Shown here piece after piece: positions 29,031 through 38,612 of a stretch of 64,000 nucleotides of DNA. A model generated the notes under the pieces. The model did no database searches and was not told where the DNA came from. It saw only the letters and a list, made by a program, of their open reading frames with translations. The translations under genes and the position numbers were made by a program. This stretch comes from Chthoniobacterales bacterium (GTDB lineage Bacteria; Verrucomicrobiota; Verrucomicrobiia; Chthoniobacterales; JACTMZ01), in NCBI GenBank assembly GCA_021463515.1, contig JAJTYZ010000014.1, forward strand, positions 8,565-72,564, written 5' to 3'. Within the stretch, counting starts at the first letter, position 1. The number at the start of each line of letters is the position of its first letter.

Positions 29031-30476
29031 TCATCGCGGCTTTAAGTGCGGGAATAAAATTACTTCGCGAATAGAATCCGCCCCCGTAAGCAGCATCACC
29101 AAGCGATCAATGCCAATGCCCATGCCGCCCGCCGGAGGCATTCCGTATTCGAGTGCCTGCAAAAACTCTTCGTCAATTTTCTGCTGTTCGCCACCCGACT
29201 GTGCGAGAAGACGCTCACGTTGCACGACAGGATCATTGAGTTCGGAATAGCCTGGCGCAATTTCTTGCCCGTTCATCACCAGCTCAAAAACATCAATCAC
29301 CGAAGGGTCCTCCGGATTTGTTTTTGCCAGCGGAATCAATTCCTTAGGGCAATGCGTAACAAACACAGGATTCACCGATTTTTCTTCGACGAGTTTTTCA
29401 AAAACATGCTGCGTCACTTCGTAATCTTCCGTGCAATTTGAAATATCGAGTCCCAATTCCAACGCGCGGGCGCGACGCCCCTCCGCATCACGGACAAACC
29501 ATCCGGGTTCCGCACTTTCCACCAAATCCCGATACCGCGCACGCCGCCACGGACGCGACAAATCAATCACTCGCGTCACATTGCCCTCTGCATCCCAATG
29601 CTCGATGCGCAAACCACCGCACACCCTTTCTGCCACGCGACAAATCATGTCCTCCACCAATTCCGCCATCATCTCGAAATCTGCATAAGCCCAATAAGCC
29701 TCAAGCATCGTGAACTCCGGATTGTGCCGCCGCGAAATTCCCTCATTGCGAAAATTGCGATTCAGCTCAAACACCTTCGTAAATCCCCCCACCAACAGCC
29801 GCTTCAAATAAAGTTCCGGCGCAATGCGAAGAAATAGGTCCAGCCCCAGCGCATGATGCCGTGTCTGGAACGGCGTGGCTGCGGCACCTCCCGCCACGGT
29901 CTGCATCATCGGTGTCTCCACTTCCAAAAATCCCCGCTCTTCAAAAAAGCGGCGAATCTCGCGAACGATGGCAAAGCGCTGACGAAAGATTTCACGCGCA
30001 CGGTCATTAGAAATGAGGTCCAAATAGCGCTGACGATGACGCGCTTCGACATCCTGCAAGCCATGCCATTTTTCTGGCAGCGGATGCAGAGCTTTTGAGA
30101 GCATCACAAAACGGCTGGCACGCACGGACGGCTCGCCGGTTTTCGTCGTGAAGCACTCACCTTCCACGCCAATAAAATCCCCAATGTCGAGCTTCTCATA
30201 AATCTCCACACCCTCCGCTCCGAGTGTCTTATCCTGCAAATACACCTGCATCCGCCCCGAGTGATCGCTCACATCCAGAAAATGACTTTTGCCCATATCT
30301 CGCCGCGCTGTAACACGACCGGCGACTGCCACTTTGACGCCATCGGCAAATTGCGCCCGCACCTCACCTACATCGCCCGTGACAGCAAACGCCGCGCCAT
30401 AAGGCTGACGTCCCGCCGCCTCCAATGCCGCTCGTTTTTCCATCCTCACCGCCGTTAAACTAGTCACCTCATTCAT
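29031..30476 (-). CDS. lysS: Lysine--tRNA ligase (class II)
   Basis: OB-fold N-domain. Motifs FRNEGISRRHNPEFTMLE and GGMGIGIDRLVMLL. ATG at 30476 preferred. Confidence 0.92.
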   Translation of the reverse strand: MNEVTSLTAVRMEKRAALEAAGRQPYGAAFAVTGDVGEVRAQFADGVKVAVAGRVTARRDMGKSHFLDVSDHSGRMQVYLQDKTLGAEGVEIYEKLDIGDFIGVEGECFTTKTGEPSVRASRFVMLSKALHPLPEKWHGLQDVEARHRQRYLDLISNDRAREIFRQRFAIVREIRRFFEERGFLEVETPMMQTVAGGAAATPFQTRHHALGLDLFLRIAPELYLKRLLVGGFTKVFELNRNFRNEGISRRHNPEFTMLEAYWAYADFEMMAELVEDMICRVAERVCGGLRIEHWDAEGNVTRVIDLSRPWRRARYRDLVESAEPGWFVRDAEGRRARALELGLDISNCTEDYEVTQHVFEKLVEEKSVNPVFVTHCPKELIPLAKTNPEDPSVIDVFELVMNGQEIAPGYSELNDPVVQRERLLAQSGGEQQKIDEEFLQALEYGMPPAGGMGIGIDRLVMLLTGADSIREVILFPHLKPR

Positions 30477-30575
30477 AAAAGCCCCACAGAATGCGGCCCA
30501 ACGGGCCTTCACACCAGTGGAAAGTGTGCTACGTCAAAATTTTCGTATCTTCGTATGTGAGCACGAAAGGTTAAC

Positions 30576-31781
30576 ATGGTCTCAAACTTGTTGACATGTA
30601 CCTATGGATACATCAACATGATTGCGCTTTACGAGTTTCCCATGCCAGCCCCTAAGAAAAAAGTCTCCCTCACCCAGCAGGCGCAACCCAAGCATGCGGC
30701 ACTCGCGGATGCTCTAGAAATTGAAGTTCGCCGCTTGGCACCGGGCACACCCATTCCTGCGGTGACGACCTTAATGGAGCGGTTTCAAATGTCGCAAGGA
30801 ACGGTGGTTCATGCTTTGCGACATTTGCGCTCTAAGGGCCTCGTCATGCGCCCGCCACGGCGCAAGCGTCTTGTTGCCGTGACACGATCTCCTCATCATG
30901 GTGCCGTTCTTAATATCCTGCTTCTCCGCTCACAATGGAGCTCCCCCGACTACGATGCCATGAGCTACGCTCTATTAACGGAAGCCAACCAGCAACGACT
31001 CCATCTGGAAATTCTTCACTATGGCTCGGGGCGTCAGAGCGAAATTGCCACCGCGCTTCAAGCCCATGATGCCATCGTCATTTTACCCTCTTCGACAGAT
31101 AGCGGCCCGCTATATTCGCTTGTGGAAGACACGCGCAAGCCGGTGGTTATGCTATGGGAGAAAGCACCCATTCGTGGTGCGATGAGTGTGGCGGATGATG
31201 ATCTGAAATTAGGGAGCATGGCGACCAAGCATCTTTTAAAATTGGGCCATAAAAAAGTAGTCGCCTTTTTGAGCGAGCCACTCACTCCCAGCACACAGCG
31301 ACGTTTAGCCGGATGGGAACAAGTCATGCGGGCCGCCGGGCATAAACATCCCGAGCAACTGCTCATTGATTGCTCCGTCGAACCGGGGAAGGATGCCATT
31401 GTGGGCTCCTATGAAAAACTCCGACGTTGGCTTTATCAAAACAACGAACGCCTGCCAGCCAGCAGCGTTTTTTGTCTCGGTTGGACCGGCGCCTTGGGGA
31501 TGCTGCGTGCGCTCCGTGAGGTAGGATTGGAAGTGCCTCGTGATGTCTCTATTTTATCTCACGGAGGGGAAAACCGCCTTTGCGAATTTACGAATCCAGC
31601 ACTTACCGTCGTTCAATGCAATCTCGCCGATTTCGCCAGCGAAGCTCTTAATTTAGTGAAGGAAGTTTGCCTTGGACGCACACCTGCCAAGACGGATGTT
31701 TTACTGCCACCTTTTTTGATCGAGCGAGAATCAACCCGAACGATCACCCCACGCAAACCCCAGCACACTCACCCATCATGA
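30576..31781 (+). CDS. Transcriptional regulator with a GntR-type winged HTH fused to a LacI-type periplasmic-binding-protein fold
   Basis: HTH segment IPAVTTLMERFQMSQGTVVHALRHLRSKGLV followed by a sugar-binding-like domain. The true start is probably 30618 or 30642 (MPAPKKK). Confidence 0.75.
   Translation: MVSNLLTCTYGYINMIALYEFPMPAPKKKVSLTQQAQPKHAALADALEIEVRRLAPGTPIPAVTTLMERFQMSQGTVVHALRHLRSKGLVMRPPRRKRLVAVTRSPHHGAVLNILLLRSQWSSPDYDAMSYALLTEANQQRLHLEILHYGSGRQSEIATALQAHDAIVILPSSTDSGPLYSLVEDTRKPVVMLWEKAPIRGAMSVADDDLKLGSMATKHLLKLGHKKVVAFLSEPLTPSTQRRLAGWEQVMRAAGHKHPEQLLIDCSVEPGKDAIVGSYEKLRRWLYQNNERLPASSVFCLGWTGALGMLRALREVGLEVPRDVSILSHGGENRLCEFTNPALTVVQCNLADFASEALNLVKEVCLGRTPAKTDVLLPPFLIERESTRTITPRKPQHTHPS
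30596..30613. promoter_or_regulatory. Imperfect palindrome overlapping a TTGACA box; candidate autoregulatory operator
   Basis: ATGTACCTA/TGGATACAT has 7 of 9 matching half-site positions and a GT...AC core as in GntR-type operators. TTGACA lies at 30591..30596. Confidence 0.3.
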
Positions 31782-32395
31782 AAACTACCATCCTCCTCCT
31801 TGCACTCACCGGTGCCGTTGTCCTTTCCTCTGCTTTCGCCAAGGACAACACCGGCCTCCTCCCCAATGCTTCCTTCGAAATAAACGCGGAAGAACGTCCC
31901 ACAGGTTGGCGAATATTTCATAATCCTGAAAACGCCAAAGGCGACTTCTTTATCTCCGCCGGCAACGAGGGTGAGGACACGCATACCGGTGCCGCTGCCC
32001 TGCAATTTCGCTTTGCGGAAGGAACAGATTTGCTCCAGTCCGTCTGGATGGCCGATCCCAACTACGGCGGAATGGCTGTCGAGTCAGGGACCTATTCTTG
32101 CACCTTTTGGATCAAAGCCAGCAATCTCCTCGAAGGATTTCATACGTGGGTATCCATCGTCGGTTATGATGCCAACAAAGAACGCACAGGCGAACTGGGA
32201 CGCAGTTCTTATCTCGGTAAACAAGACTTAACCAATGCCACATGGACGCCGGATCGGTTCACCTTCAATGTTCCCGAAGGCGTGACACGTATAGGATTAT
32301 CTGTGGTATTCAAAACTCACCCCAATGCCTCCATGAATCCCGTCCCCCCGACAACGCAAATTCTGATAGATGACATTCTCATCGAAAAAGATTGA
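31778..32395 (+). CDS. Secreted protein with a carbohydrate-binding-module-like (CBM4_9-like jelly roll) domain
   Basis: Signal peptide MKTTILLLALTGAVVLSSAFA, then NASFE...PTGW, typical of CBM-type domains. ATGA overlap with the regulator. Confidence 0.55.
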   Translation: MKTTILLLALTGAVVLSSAFAKDNTGLLPNASFEINAEERPTGWRIFHNPENAKGDFFISAGNEGEDTHTGAAALQFRFAEGTDLLQSVWMADPNYGGMAVESGTYSCTFWIKASNLLEGFHTWVSIVGYDANKERTGELGRSSYLGKQDLTNATWTPDRFTFNVPEGVTRIGLSVVFKTHPNASMNPVPPTTQILIDDILIEKD

Positions 32396-32557
32396 TTCAC
32401 CCTCAATAAATTTATGAAAACTTTTTTGTGAAATAAGTTGACACATCCGCCAACCTCTGCTTTTATTTCGTTGTTAAAAATTTCATGTCAACATGACTTT
32501 AGAAATGCCCCCCCTATCAATCCTTCCACTTCCAACCTCCAACTCACACCCAAGCTT

Positions 32558-35233
32558 ATGAAAACACTCCTCTCCTACTCCCGCCACGTTGCTGTCGCAC
32601 TCGCCACCCTCTTGCTATTTTCGCAGACCGCATTCGGTGCTGATGGAACATGGACAGCACTTTCCTCCGGTGACGCCAGTGGCACATGGGCCACTTCGGG
32701 CAACTGGTCCGGCAGCACCATCGCAGGAGGCAGCGGCTTTACGGCAGATTTCAACACCCTCAACATAACAACAAACTCCACGGTGACACTCGATACGCCT
32801 ACGACGATCGGGAATCTCACGTTTGGAGATACGGGCACGGGCACAGCGGCCAGTTGGATACTTAGCAACGGCGGCACGGCAACAAATACTCTCACATTAA
32901 GCGCAACCACACCGACCATCACGGTCAACTCGTTGGGCACCGGAGCCTCGGTGCAAATGGATGCTGTCATTACCGGCACAAACGGACTCATCAAGTCCGG
33001 TATCGGAAAGTTGGTTCTCAACCAAGCCAACACCTACACAGGGACATTAACGAATGTTAATTTCGGACTCCGCGAATTCGGAACCATCATCAACCGTGGG
33101 CGCGTCGTTTTAGGCAATGCAACGGGCGCAGGATCCGGCGACATTTTGCTCAACGGTGTGTCTTACACCGCCACCCTCGACCTCAACGGACAAACAGTCG
33201 CCAACAACATTGCCCTGCGGTCAGACACTTATCTTGAAAACTCAAACACCAACGCCGCAGCTGTCGTCAATGGAACGGTAACGGTAAACAGCTATGGGCG
33301 CATTGGGAGTATTGCGAGTGATGGACTCGGCACGATGATCGTCAATGGTGCCGTAAGCTTTGCAGATACCAACCACTCCTTGTTTCTCAATTCCAATGGC
33401 GGGCTCACTGTCCTAAATGGAAGCAATGGGCAGGGAATCTATTCCATCCAAGGAGGAACTCTCCGCGCTAACGATGGCACGGGGGTAAATACGTCGGCCA
33501 AGCTCATCATCAATGGTGGCGTACTTGAGACGGGTGCCAATGTCACGCGATCTTTGGGGACGGCTTTCGGCCAAATTGACGTGGGTTCCACCAACTCCGG
33601 TGCCAACAATGGCTTTAGTGCCTATGGAAACGCCGTGACGATTTCACTTGGAGGCATTGGTTCACCCACAGCCATCACGTGGGGAACAGGAAATTTTCTC
33701 ACGAATGCCTCGACGCTCGTCTTAAATACGGCCACGGCAAATGACACCCTCACATTTGCCAATGCGCTGGACCTCAATGGCGCCACACGCACCATTTCCG
33801 CCCAAGCCAATACGGCTATCATTTCGGGAAATATTTCCAATGGCACGGGGACGGCGGGATTGACAAAAACGGGCGAAGGCACGCTGTCCTTAACCGGTAC
33901 CAACACCTACAATGGCGGCACGACGGTTTCGGCGGGAACTTTGCAGGTCAACACCAGCAGCCTCCCGGGTAATGTAACAAACAATGCGGCCTTGGTTTTT
34001 AATCAAAGTAGCGCAGGCACCTTCGGCTCCGTCATCAGTGGCACAGGGACTGTTGATAAAACGGGAGCCGGAAATCTTACTCTCTCGGGAGTGAATACCC
34101 ACACCGGCGCAACCACTGTAAGTCAAGGGACACTCACCCTCGGAAACAGTACCGCCCTTGGAGCAACCAATGGCAACACCACGGTTGCGGCAGGTGCAAC
34201 GATTGACCTCAACGGACAAAATATCGGCGGGGAAGAAGTTCGCATCAATGGCACTGGAGTTGGCGGCAATGGTGCTTTGGTGAACAATGGCACGGCATCC
34301 GCTACAGGTCTTCGCCTCACCGCGCTTTCCGACGCCACAATCGGTGGTACGAACCGAATTGACACAGCCTACAGCGGCACTGTCATCAATGCAGGCATCA
34401 ACTCTCTCACCAAAATCGGCACAAGCTCCTTCATTATCAATGTGGGGACAACATCCATGGGCACGTTTTTTGTCAATGAAGGCACGGTCGTCGCGGTAAA
34501 CTCGGCAACTCCATTCGGCGACACGAGCTACGGCACCAGCGTCGCCAACGGTGCTAGCCTCCAATTTTACAACAGCTCAGGTTCCGAAATCATCAATAAC
34601 GAAGCTATCACCTTGGCCAATGGCGCAGAATTAGCAGGAACCACGGCGACGTCTCAAAACACGATCAACGGTGCAATCAGCTTAACCGGTAGCCAAGCCA
34701 ATATACGTGTGGAAAACAACGGCATCGCCACACTTAAGCTGGGGGGCGTCATCAGCGGCGCAGGTGGCATCAATAAAACAAGTTCAGGCATCCTTTTGCT
34801 CACAGGCGTCAATACTTACACGGGGAACACAACCGTCACCGGAGGGACAGTTTCTTTAGCCGACAACGCCGAAATGCGCTTCGTCATTGGTGCCAATGGC
34901 GTCAACAATGGCGTTGATGGTACAGGTTCGCTAAATCTCGATGGCGATTTCCGCTTTGATCTCACCGGGGCGGGAACGACGCTTGGCAATACATGGCAAA
35001 TCGTCAACACGGCAACGCTCAGCGAGACATTTGGAAGCAGTTTCCAAGCTCTCAGCACCTTGGGAGCCTTCTCCGAAAGCGGCGGCATCTGGTCCATCAC
35101 CGAAAACGGCGTGACCTACGAGTTTACCGAAGCCAGCGGCTCCCTCACCGTCGTGCCCGAGCCTTCAACGTATCTTTTAGTAACATTAGGTCTCGCGCTT
35201 GTCCTCTTGCACTCTCGCCGTCGGACCGCATGA
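32558..35233 (+). CDS. Large surface protein with autotransporter-associated beta-strand (PATR) repeats and a PEP-CTERM sorting signal
   Basis: Signal peptide. At least four repeats of G.L.L.G.NTYTG.T.V..GTL. C-terminus VPEPSTYLLVTLGLALVLLHSRRRTA. Confidence 0.85.
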   Translation: MKTLLSYSRHVAVALATLLLFSQTAFGADGTWTALSSGDASGTWATSGNWSGSTIAGGSGFTADFNTLNITTNSTVTLDTPTTIGNLTFGDTGTGTAASWILSNGGTATNTLTLSATTPTITVNSLGTGASVQMDAVITGTNGLIKSGIGKLVLNQANTYTGTLTNVNFGLREFGTIINRGRVVLGNATGAGSGDILLNGVSYTATLDLNGQTVANNIALRSDTYLENSNTNAAAVVNGTVTVNSYGRIGSIASDGLGTMIVNGAVSFADTNHSLFLNSNGGLTVLNGSNGQGIYSIQGGTLRANDGTGVNTSAKLIINGGVLETGANVTRSLGTAFGQIDVGSTNSGANNGFSAYGNAVTISLGGIGSPTAITWGTGNFLTNASTLVLNTATANDTLTFANALDLNGATRTISAQANTAIISGNISNGTGTAGLTKTGEGTLSLTGTNTYNGGTTVSAGTLQVNTSSLPGNVTNNAALVFNQSSAGTFGSVISGTGTVDKTGAGNLTLSGVNTHTGATTVSQGTLTLGNSTALGATNGNTTVAAGATIDLNGQNIGGEEVRINGTGVGGNGALVNNGTASATGLRLTALSDATIGGTNRIDTAYSGTVINAGINSLTKIGTSSFIINVGTTSMGTFFVNEGTVVAVNSATPFGDTSYGTSVANGASLQFYNSSGSEIINNEAITLANGAELAGTTATSQNTINGAISLTGSQANIRVENNGIATLKLGGVISGAGGINKTSSGILLLTGVNTYTGNTTVTGGTVSLADNAEMRFVIGANGVNNGVDGTGSLNLDGDFRFDLTGAGTTLGNTWQIVNTATLSETFGSSFQALSTLGAFSESGGIWSITENGVTYEFTEASGSLTVVPEPSTYLLVTLGLALVLLHSRRRTA

Positions 35234-35337
35234 AAGGCGTGTAAGAGCACATCACCACCTCCTCTCCGTGTGCTCCGTCGAAGCCGTGGTCAAAGCGCGA
35301 GCTTTGTTCGACTTGGACCTTACGCTAACTTGTCTGC

Positions 35338-36231
35338 GTGGCTACTATTCGTGATCCGCTTGTTCGTGCTTACCTCACGACTTTGCGCGATGAACGGAAT
35401 GCTTCGCCCCGCACAATAATTAATTACCAACGCGCACTCGAAGCGGCTGCGGAATTTCTTGAGAAAAAGAATTGGCGGACGGCACAGGCGGATGATTTTC
35501 GCACCTATCTTTTTGCGCTGATGAAAAAGAATCGCTCTCGTGCAACCATTCGCTTGGAGTTTGCAGCACTGCGTAGTTTTTATCGCTATTTATGCGAGCG
35601 CCAGGGCTTCCCCACCAACCCGCTCCTCGCCGTTTCACTGCCAAAATCGGAAAAGCATTTGCCCGTATTTCTTACCACGACGCAAATTGACGCCCTCCTC
35701 CGCGCACCACATCAAGCAAAACCGGAGAAGCAGGCACCCGAGTGGATGTCTTGGCGCGATGCCGCAATTCTGGAATTGTTTTATTCTAGCGGCCTGCGCC
35801 TTGCAGAATTAGCGGCCCTCGATGTACGCGATATTGATCCCTACAACGAAACCGTTCGCGTGTTGGGCAAAGGTTCGAAAGAACGCGTTGTCCCCGTGGG
35901 AGAGCCAGCCTTGGAAGCGATCCAACATTACCGTCAGCGTGCGAAAATTCAGGCCGGCCCGCTCTTTGTGAGCAAGCTTCGACGTCGCCTCGGCACGTCC
36001 TCCATTTGGAATCTCGTCAAAAAATACCTACGCCTTGCAGAAATCCCCATCCCCGCCAGTCCCCACAAATTACGTCACTCTTTTGCCACACACCTGCTCG
36101 ATGCCGGCGCAGATTTACGAAGCGTGCAAAGTCTTCTTGGACACGCGAGCCTTTCAACGACGCAGATTTATACACACGTCACGACGGAGCGGCTCAAACG
36201 CGCCTACGAAAAAGCCCATCCACGAGCGTAA
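35338..36231 (+). CDS. xerC: Tyrosine recombinase XerC/XerD family
   Basis: SAM-like N-domain. Catalytic residues in GLRLAELAAL, HKLRHSFATHLL and GHASLSTTQIYTHV. GTG start. Confidence 0.75.
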   Translation: MATIRDPLVRAYLTTLRDERNASPRTIINYQRALEAAAEFLEKKNWRTAQADDFRTYLFALMKKNRSRATIRLEFAALRSFYRYLCERQGFPTNPLLAVSLPKSEKHLPVFLTTTQIDALLRAPHQAKPEKQAPEWMSWRDAAILELFYSSGLRLAELAALDVRDIDPYNETVRVLGKGSKERVVPVGEPALEAIQHYRQRAKIQAGPLFVSKLRRRLGTSSIWNLVKKYLRLAEIPIPASPHKLRHSFATHLLDAGADLRSVQSLLGHASLSTTQIYTHVTTERLKRAYEKAHPRA

Positions 36232-36257
36232 CAGCACCTTCCCTTTTCTACGCCCTC

Positions 36258-36869
36258 TTAATTCACCACACGCACCGGCGTGCCTTGGGAGATATTAGCA
36301 AAAAACGTCTCCGCCATTTTTTCCGGCATTCGTATGCAGCCATGCGAGGCGGGAAAGCCCGGGAGAAAACCCGCGTGCATCCCTACGCCGGATGATGTGA
36401 TGCGCATAAAATAAGGCATCGGTGCCCCACGAAAGCGTGTTCCGGGCGGCATGGGATCGGATTTTACCCCCACATTCGACACAACAACATTGCCTGCACC
36501 GTCCACATAATCCCCATAAAGATTGGAAACGTGGTCTTTGCTTTTCTGTATGATCTTAAAATTACCCGAGGGCGTGGCATGGCTTTCACGACCAGAAGAA
36601 ATCATAGACACTCCCACAAGCCGCCCACCTTTGTAAAAAAGTGCTTTCTGCTCACGCAAATCAATCGTAATCGAAGGTGCTCCACTCACGCCGTCGCCAT
36701 CCCAATAAGAAACAGTATCAGGAAAACCTGTCGTGGATTTTTTACTAATCACATTGCCGCCCGCCCCGAGATACTGCGTGGTGGAACTGGTCAACCGTGA
36801 GTCATAATTAGCACATCCAACCAAAACCGTGGCCGTCCCAAGTAAAATAATTCGTGCAGAAAGATTCAT
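36258..36869 (-). CDS. L,D-transpeptidase (YkuD) lipoprotein
   Basis: Lipobox LVGCAN. Catalytic motif HAGFLPGFPASHGCIRM. Confidence 0.85.
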   Translation of the reverse strand: MNLSARIILLGTATVLVGCANYDSRLTSSTTQYLGAGGNVISKKSTTGFPDTVSYWDGDGVSGAPSITIDLREQKALFYKGGRLVGVSMISSGRESHATPSGNFKIIQKSKDHVSNLYGDYVDGAGNVVVSNVGVKSDPMPPGTRFRGAPMPYFMRITSSGVGMHAGFLPGFPASHGCIRMPEKMAETFFANISQGTPVRVVN

Positions 36870-36926
36870 TATCGTGTGCCTAATAAATCGTGGATAGTGA
36901 ATGGGGTCAAATGGAATCCCTGCGTG

Positions 36927-38612
36927 TCACGCTTCAGCCGGAGTGAGCTTGGGAGCACGATGATGACGAACAATGGCCAACGACACATAAGCTGCTTCGA
37001 GAGCGAGAAAAACAATCACATAGCCCTCACCACCGACGCCGAAACCGTAACTATGCAGGCCGGTGCCAAGAACGTAATTGACCCCATACCATGCCATGAC
37101 GATGCCGGAAAAATTGACGATGCCCGCCACCGCAATCCCGAAATTTCCCCACCAGCCCGCCATCTTGCCGTGCATCGCGAGGACGTACATAAGCAGCGCA
37201 ATCAAGGCCCACGTTTCCTTCGGGTCCCATCCCCAAAAACGCCCCCAACTGTAATTCGCCCATACGCCGCCAAGTACGGTTCCGGCGGCGAGCAGAATCA
37301 GGCCGACAAACATCATGCGATAAAGCCATTCGTGAAGCTGACGCAAATTCGGAGCTTCCTTCAGACGGCGGATGTACTGCCAAAGGACAACGTGAGAAAA
37401 TCCCAGCGTCAGCGCAAATGCCGCATAACTCAATGTGATCGTGAGCACATGTGCTGTAAGCCAAAAATTATCCCGCAGCACCGGCACCAAAGGGTCCAGC
37501 CGACTTGGCATAGCCACGGGAAGATTTCGTACGAGCAGCAGGCAGAGCAAACTGATGGGCAACGCACTGAGCAGTATCGTACGATTGCGATAGACCGCAT
37601 AAAAAATAATTCCAAAAAGCACCGTCGCCATCGAAACCCACACGACCGATTCATACATGTTAGTCACGGGGGCGCGTCCGGCGATGATGACTCGCAGAAG
37701 AATGCCATACACCATGATGGCAAAACCAACGACCGTACACGTAAGGCCCGCTGTCGTGAGAAGTCGCCGTGGCCCCTTCGTTGTTCCAACCGCCAGCAAA
37801 ATAAATGCCGCCGCAAAAAGCCAAATCGCGGCGTCAAAGGGTTTCAAGCGCTGATAAAAAAGCTCTCGCTCAATAACTTTGTCCGAGGGATAAATCCCGG
37901 GATTCAACGCCCGCAAATTCGATTTAAGCGTCACTGCCGTTGCCGCAAACTTTGCATTATCATCCTCACGAAACGCGATGCCCAAGTCACGCAGACCTTG
38001 AAGAATCGCGGTTCCCTGAGCGGATGGTACGCTTCCAAACGCCGTCAGCGAAAGCCATGTGTTTGCATGAGGCGCGCCTGCAGGCGGAGGAATGAGCAAA
38101 AAAGCCGAACTGTCGCTGAGCGCATGAAACATCTGGAGTCGTCCGGCCACCGTTTGTGCCTCGGAATGGAGGCGTGGAATGGGTTGGTTCGATTGACGCA
38201 AAGCCGCCGCTTCCCGCGACAAGCTCTCAAGCTGCGCGGCGACAGGCTCAAGTTCCCGAGGCGAAAATCTTTTGCGCGTCGCCTCTAAACCCAGTTGGGC
38301 GGTGAGCGGGTGATAGGACAAAAGAATGATCGGCTCATCAGCCCAATCATGCGTGGCAAAAAGCATAGAAAACGCAAAATCTGTGCCACCTATTTTTGCC
38401 CCATCTTTCGTTGTGACAGGGTCACGTCCGGAAAGTTTCACGAGCATTTCATGCCCAAAAATCCCCATAGGTTTACGTCGTCCGGAATCTTGAATGGCGA
38501 GAGCTTCCCACGGATGCAAATTCACCGTGTTTGACGTCGCGGGCGCGGCGACAAGGAACGTTGAGGTGAGAATAAAAATGCCAAGTGGCAGCAGCAGGCG
38601 CATCTTAATCAT
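36927..38612 (-). CDS. ccsA: Cytochrome c biogenesis protein CcsA (System II, long form)
   Basis: W-rich heme-handling motif WANYSWGRFWGWDPKETWAL plus multiple TM helices. Confidence 0.85.
   Translation of the reverse strand: MIKMRLLLPLGIFILTSTFLVAAPATSNTVNLHPWEALAIQDSGRRKPMGIFGHEMLVKLSGRDPVTTKDGAKIGGTDFAFSMLFATHDWADEPIILLSYHPLTAQLGLEATRKRFSPRELEPVAAQLESLSREAAALRQSNQPIPRLHSEAQTVAGRLQMFHALSDSSAFLLIPPPAGAPHANTWLSLTAFGSVPSAQGTAILQGLRDLGIAFREDDNAKFAATAVTLKSNLRALNPGIYPSDKVIERELFYQRLKPFDAAIWLFAAAFILLAVGTTKGPRRLLTTAGLTCTVVGFAIMVYGILLRVIIAGRAPVTNMYESVVWVSMATVLFGIIFYAVYRNRTILLSALPISLLCLLLVRNLPVAMPSRLDPLVPVLRDNFWLTAHVLTITLSYAAFALTLGFSHVVLWQYIRRLKEAPNLRQLHEWLYRMMFVGLILLAAGTVLGGVWANYSWGRFWGWDPKETWALIALLMYVLAMHGKMAGWWGNFGIAVAGIVNFSGIVMAWYGVNYVLGTGLHSYGFGVGGEGYVIVFLALEAAYVSLAIVRHHRAPKLTPAEA

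Noticed and set aside
33890-34564. 224-aa ORF on the - strand, and repeated DNA in 32558..35233
   Set aside because: The ORF is antisense to the PATR-repeat gene. The DNA-level repetition reflects protein repeats (G.L.L.G.NTYTG.T.V..GTL), not a CRISPR array or a tandem satellite.
35291-35306. Hairpin CAAAGC-gcga-GCTTTG after the PEP-CTERM gene as a terminator
   Set aside because: The stem is only 6 bp and only two T residues follow it. This is too weak to call.
35338-36231. Integrase marking a prophage or genomic island
   Set aside because: The protein has a full XerC/XerD-type architecture. It is flanked by housekeeping-type genes, with no adjacent tRNA, phage genes or flanking repeats.
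36876-38288. 470-aa ORF on the + strand
   Set aside because: It lies entirely antisense to the well-supported ccsA gene. The product is an R/K/H/Q-rich low-complexity string with no domain-like features. This is a typical shadow ORF.
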